Positions 61,614-64,000 of a stretch of DNA of 64,000 nt are shown here, piece by piece (the stretch's first letter is position 1; each line of letters begins with the position of its first letter). This stretch comes from Hyphomicrobiales bacterium (GTDB lineage Bacteria; Pseudomonadota; Alphaproteobacteria; Rhizobiales; Aestuariivirgaceae). The notes under the pieces were generated by a model. It was not told where the DNA came from, made no database searches, and was given only the letters and a program-made list of their open reading frames with translations. Where the stretch lies: the NCBI GenBank assembly GCA_031430915.1, contig JANPCL010000110.1, positions 1,204 to 65,203 of the forward strand. Direction: 5' to 3'. Position numbers and translations under genes: made by a program.

Positions 61614-62651
61614 TTATGCCTCGAGCCGCTTTCTGTTCATGTTTAAAGTCACAACGACACCCTCTTCAGCCCAGTCGCATGTGATGGTACCGTCAAGTTG
61701 TGCCGACATCGCACGGTTGATGAGTTTGCTGCCAAAGCCGCCCGGACCTGTCGGGGAGGCAACTTCAGGTCCACCCCTCTCCGTCCATACGACAACGACA
61801 TCATCATCGTCATGGCTGGTTGTGGATACGTCCAGTGTACCGGTTTCTGAAGACAGGGCTCCATACTTGATGGAGTTGGTTGCAAGTTCGTGAATGATCA
61901 TCGCGAGTGTCGTCGCAGATGCTTCTCCAACGCCCATCCGGGGAACGGAAACGCGAATGCGACCACTAAACGCGCCCAAGTCGTCGTAGGGTGCCAGCAA
62001 AACTGAAATCAGATCGCCCAATAATGCATCTGTCTTGGCGTCGCCGGGAAGCGGTCGTACCAAGTCATGCGCGCGTCCAAGCGCTGTGAGACGATTGGTC
62101 AGTTGTCGCGCCATATCCTCGGCTGAAGCAGACGAACGCGAGGTAATCGATGTGAGGCCGGACGCAATCGCCAATAGATTCTTGACACGATGGCTCATTT
62201 CGCCGGCAAGTAGCTCATTGCTTTCTTCTGCTTGTTTTCTTCCCGTAACATCGAGAAAAATTCCAAACATGGTTCGTTCAACCATGCCGTCATCTTCTCC
62301 TTGGCCTCGGGCCGATACCCAACGTACCTCGTCTCCGATCAGAATTCGAAAATCGATTTCGTATTGCCCTACGACTGCGCGGCTCGCTGCGAAAGCAGCC
62401 CGTACGCGATCACGATCAGCGGGATGAATGTGTGATGATAGGTCCTCAAACGTTACGTTCGTTGTACTGGGCACGCCCCACATATCGTAGGAACGCTGAT
62501 CAAGGCGCAGATCATCGATGTCAACATTCCAAGCCCACAACGCGACTCCCGCACCTTCAATCGCAAACCGAAGATGCCTTTCATTCCACGTCGGCAAGTC
62601 AAGCTGCTTCGGGTCCATTGTGCATCTCCTCTGGCTATCCCTTACACGCAT
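61614..62651 (-). CDS. PAS-HWE/HisKA_2 sensor histidine kinase (soluble)
   Basis: 345 aa. A PAS domain is followed by the H-box HRVKNLLAIASGL and an HWE-type ATPase region. The start may be MDPKQLD (62618). Confidence 0.85.
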   Translation of the reverse strand: MRVRDSQRRCTMDPKQLDLPTWNERHLRFAIEGAGVALWAWNVDIDDLRLDQRSYDMWGVPSTTNVTFEDLSSHIHPADRDRVRAAFAASRAVVGQYEIDFRILIGDEVRWVSARGQGEDDGMVERTMFGIFLDVTGRKQAEESNELLAGEMSHRVKNLLAIASGLTSITSRSSASAEDMARQLTNRLTALGRAHDLVRPLPGDAKTDALLGDLISVLLAPYDDLGAFSGRIRVSVPRMGVGEASATTLAMIIHELATNSIKYGALSSETGTLDVSTTSHDDDDVVVVWTERGGPEVASPTGPGGFGSKLINRAMSAQLDGTITCDWAEEGVVVTLNMNRKRLEA

Positions 62652-62883
62652 TTCAATGAAAGTCTGAGGCTTTCAACCAGCGCACTTCTTTCCTCACCTT
62701 CAATCATGTTGGCGGCTTTTTGGCTATACTCGCGAAAGGCTTCTGTCAGATGCTCCGCATAGCGTAGGTTTATTTGTTTTGATTTTTGCCCCAGTAGCGA
62801 ACCGGTTTGGGCCAGTGAGAGACTTCCTACAGCAGCCCATATAGCAAAGATGTGGAACAAACTACAGATGGTTGCTAAGCCAT

Positions 62884-63117
62884 TTAGTCTGCCCGTTTGC
62901 GAATATGTTGCCACAGCTTATCCATTGCGGTTCGACCATCGATTGTTGCGCTGAAGACAACAATCTGATCCGTTTTGGTCACAATGTGTTTTTGCAAGAC
63001 TGAGAGAGCTTGATCATCGAATTGGAGTGTCTGGGCGTCCGTTTTGGAACCTCTTAACCGCAGAGCGCCTCTTGCGAGGTCGGTATTATTCCAATGTATA
63101 TATGTATGTCTCTCACT
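62884..63117 (-). pseudogene. Tyrosine recombinase/integrase internal fragment
   Basis: A start-less 77-codon open frame. HWNNTDLARGALRLRGSKTDAQTLQFDDQALSVLQ resembles the LRWxDIDLxxGxLxVxxSKTxKxRxVPL region of phage-type integrases. It ends ~60 nt from the IS3 terminus. Confidence 0.4.
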
Positions 63118-63229
63118 TCACCCAGTAGAAGACCAGTAAACAAAAAATAATCTCAGGCATGCAAAGTTCGGCAATTTGAACCGCTCCGGGATTGCCGGAG
63201 GCTCCAACTCCTGAGAAGGTGGAGCCACT

Positions 63230-63556
63230 ATGAGCAAAACAACGAACAAGTTTTCAACTGAAGTACGTGCCCGCGCGGTGCGGATGGTGCTGGACCATGA
63301 AGGCGATCATTCGTCACGATGAGCGGCGATTGTGTCTGTCGCAGAGAAGATCGGCTGCGTGCCACAAACGCTTTTCGAAAGGATGAAGAAGACCGAGGTC
63401 GACAGCGGCAAGCGGGCTGGGGTTCCGACTGACATGGCTGACAAGATGAAGGCTCTGGAACGCGAGAACCGGGAGCTTCGCCAGGCCAACGAGATCCTGC
63501 GCAAGGCGAGCGCATATTTTGTGCAGGCGGAGCTCGACCGCCCGTTCAAGAGATGA
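63230..63556 (+). pseudogene. IS3 transposase orfA with in-frame TGA
   Basis: From ATG 63230 it reads [41 protein letters not shown]... TGA at 63320-63322 sits where relatives have Trp (recalled from memory). An HTH and a leucine-zipper-like [15 protein letters not shown] are present. Confidence 0.7.
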
Positions 63557-64000
63557 TCAGCTTCATTGATGATCATCGTGGGTTCCATGGGGTCGAGCCG
63601 ATCTGCAGGGTTCTGCCGATTGCCCCTTCCACCTATCACGACCATGTGGCCAAGCGGGTAGACGCGGAAAAACTTTCGGTGCGCGCAAAGAAGGACATGG
63701 CCTTGAAGCCCGAGATCACCCGCGTCTTCAAAGAGAACTTCGAGGTTTACGGTGTTCGCAAGGTCTGGCGGCAGTTGAAGCGAGAGAACTTTGACGTGGC
63801 CCGCTGCACCGTGGAGAGATTGATGCAAAGCATGGGATTACAGGGCGTTATTCGCGGCAAGCCGATACGCACCACCTTCAGTGATAAAGCAGCAGCTTGC
63901 CCGCTTGATCATGTCAATCGCCAGTTCCATGCACCCGCTCCCAACAGGTTGTGGATGTCGGACTTTACTTATGTCTAGACATGGGCCGGAATGATTTATG
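63553..64000 (+). pseudogene. IS3 transposase orfB (5' part) with in-frame TAG
   Basis: The ATGA overlap with orfA starts it. ...NRLWMSDFTYV*TWAGMIY has TAG at 63976-63978 in the conserved region preceding the DDE domain. Confidence 0.7.

Larger units (their letters stand above)
63177..64000 (+). mobile_element. IS3-family insertion sequence, left part (runs off the window)
   Basis: It has orfA/orfB organisation with IS3-type proteins. The candidate left end starts TGAACCGC at about 63177; this boundary is a guess. Confidence 0.7.

Noticed and set aside
62642-62914. 90-aa minus-strand ORF upstream of the PAS-HWE kinase
   Set aside because: It has no RBS or motif, and it overlaps the integrase-fragment frame at one end and the kinase start at the other. 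Coding status cannot be supported from sequence alone.
63500-63560. Programmed -1 ribosomal frameshift site between IS3 orfA and orfB
   Set aside because: I see no A-AAA-AAG-type slippery heptamer near the junction. The frames meet as a simple ATGA stop/start overlap, and both frames are already inactivated by nonsense codons.
14425-63978. Possibility that the recurrent in-frame TAG codons are recoded (amber suppression or pyrrolysine-like)
   Set aside because: TAG also terminates several intact genes at normal positions (for example 27131-27133, 33453-33455, 34820-34822, 60777-60779). The interrupted sites seem to correspond to different residues (Trp, Lys/Gln, others). TAA and TGA interruptions, frameshifts and truncations occur in the same genes, and no pyl-type genes are visible. 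Ordinary pseudogenisation fits better.

Overview
This is a 64-kb segment of an alphaproteobacterial (Rhizobiales/Hyphomicrobiales-like) replicon. That placement rests on HWE-type histidine kinases, a PE-Lig-Pol LigD with Ku, and the promoter motif below. All calls are read by eye from the six-frame track and raw sequence, with no database search.

**Layout**
- 1-10.3 kb: a tightly coupled minus-strand sugar/polyol operon. It has two FGGY kinases, a glycerol-1-phosphate-dehydrogenase-like enzyme, a SorC regulator and a class II aldolase. It also carries an acetoin-type E1 alpha/beta pair, a stand-alone 80-aa lipoyl carrier and its own lipoate-ligase-like gene, but no E2 core or E3.
- 10.3-16 kb: decayed accessory DNA, with a HipA remnant and nonsense-interrupted DUF1232 and ABC-permease genes.
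- 16-20.4 kb: secreted repeat proteins and PAP2 phosphatases.
- 20.4-22.1 kb: mobile-element debris (esterase and ArdC fragments) next to a GC-rich structured spacer.
- 22.1-25.8 kb: Ku-LigD NHEJ operon.
- 25.9-35.4 kb: an island of small VOC, alpha/beta-hydrolase and DUF genes.
- 35.7-41.5 kb: prolyl oligopeptidase followed by stress-type proteins.
- 41.6-46.3 kb: a CheB-CheR-PAS-HWE kinase with a receiver protein.
- 46.4-58.4 kb: a flavoprotein, a small acidic protein and a PQQ sugar dehydrogenase, followed by a caa3-type oxidase, cytochromes and catalase HPII.
- 58.6-64 kb: MgtC-like gene, pseudogenes, a second HWE kinase, an integrase fragment and a truncated IS3 element.

**Main cross-window signal**
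The EcfG-type general-stress promoter consensus GGAAC-N16/17-CGTT occurs as at least 12 perfect copies plus 7 near-perfect ones. All are intergenic and correctly oriented, and 11 of the 12 perfect copies end 27-56 nt before a start codon; the copy at 25798-25822 does so only if the small ORF starts at Met13. They sit in front of the NHEJ operon, the oxidase, the catalase, several hypothetical genes and tiny hydrophobic peptides.

**Second pattern**
Eight in-frame nonsense codons, six of them TAG, interrupt otherwise recognisable accessory genes.
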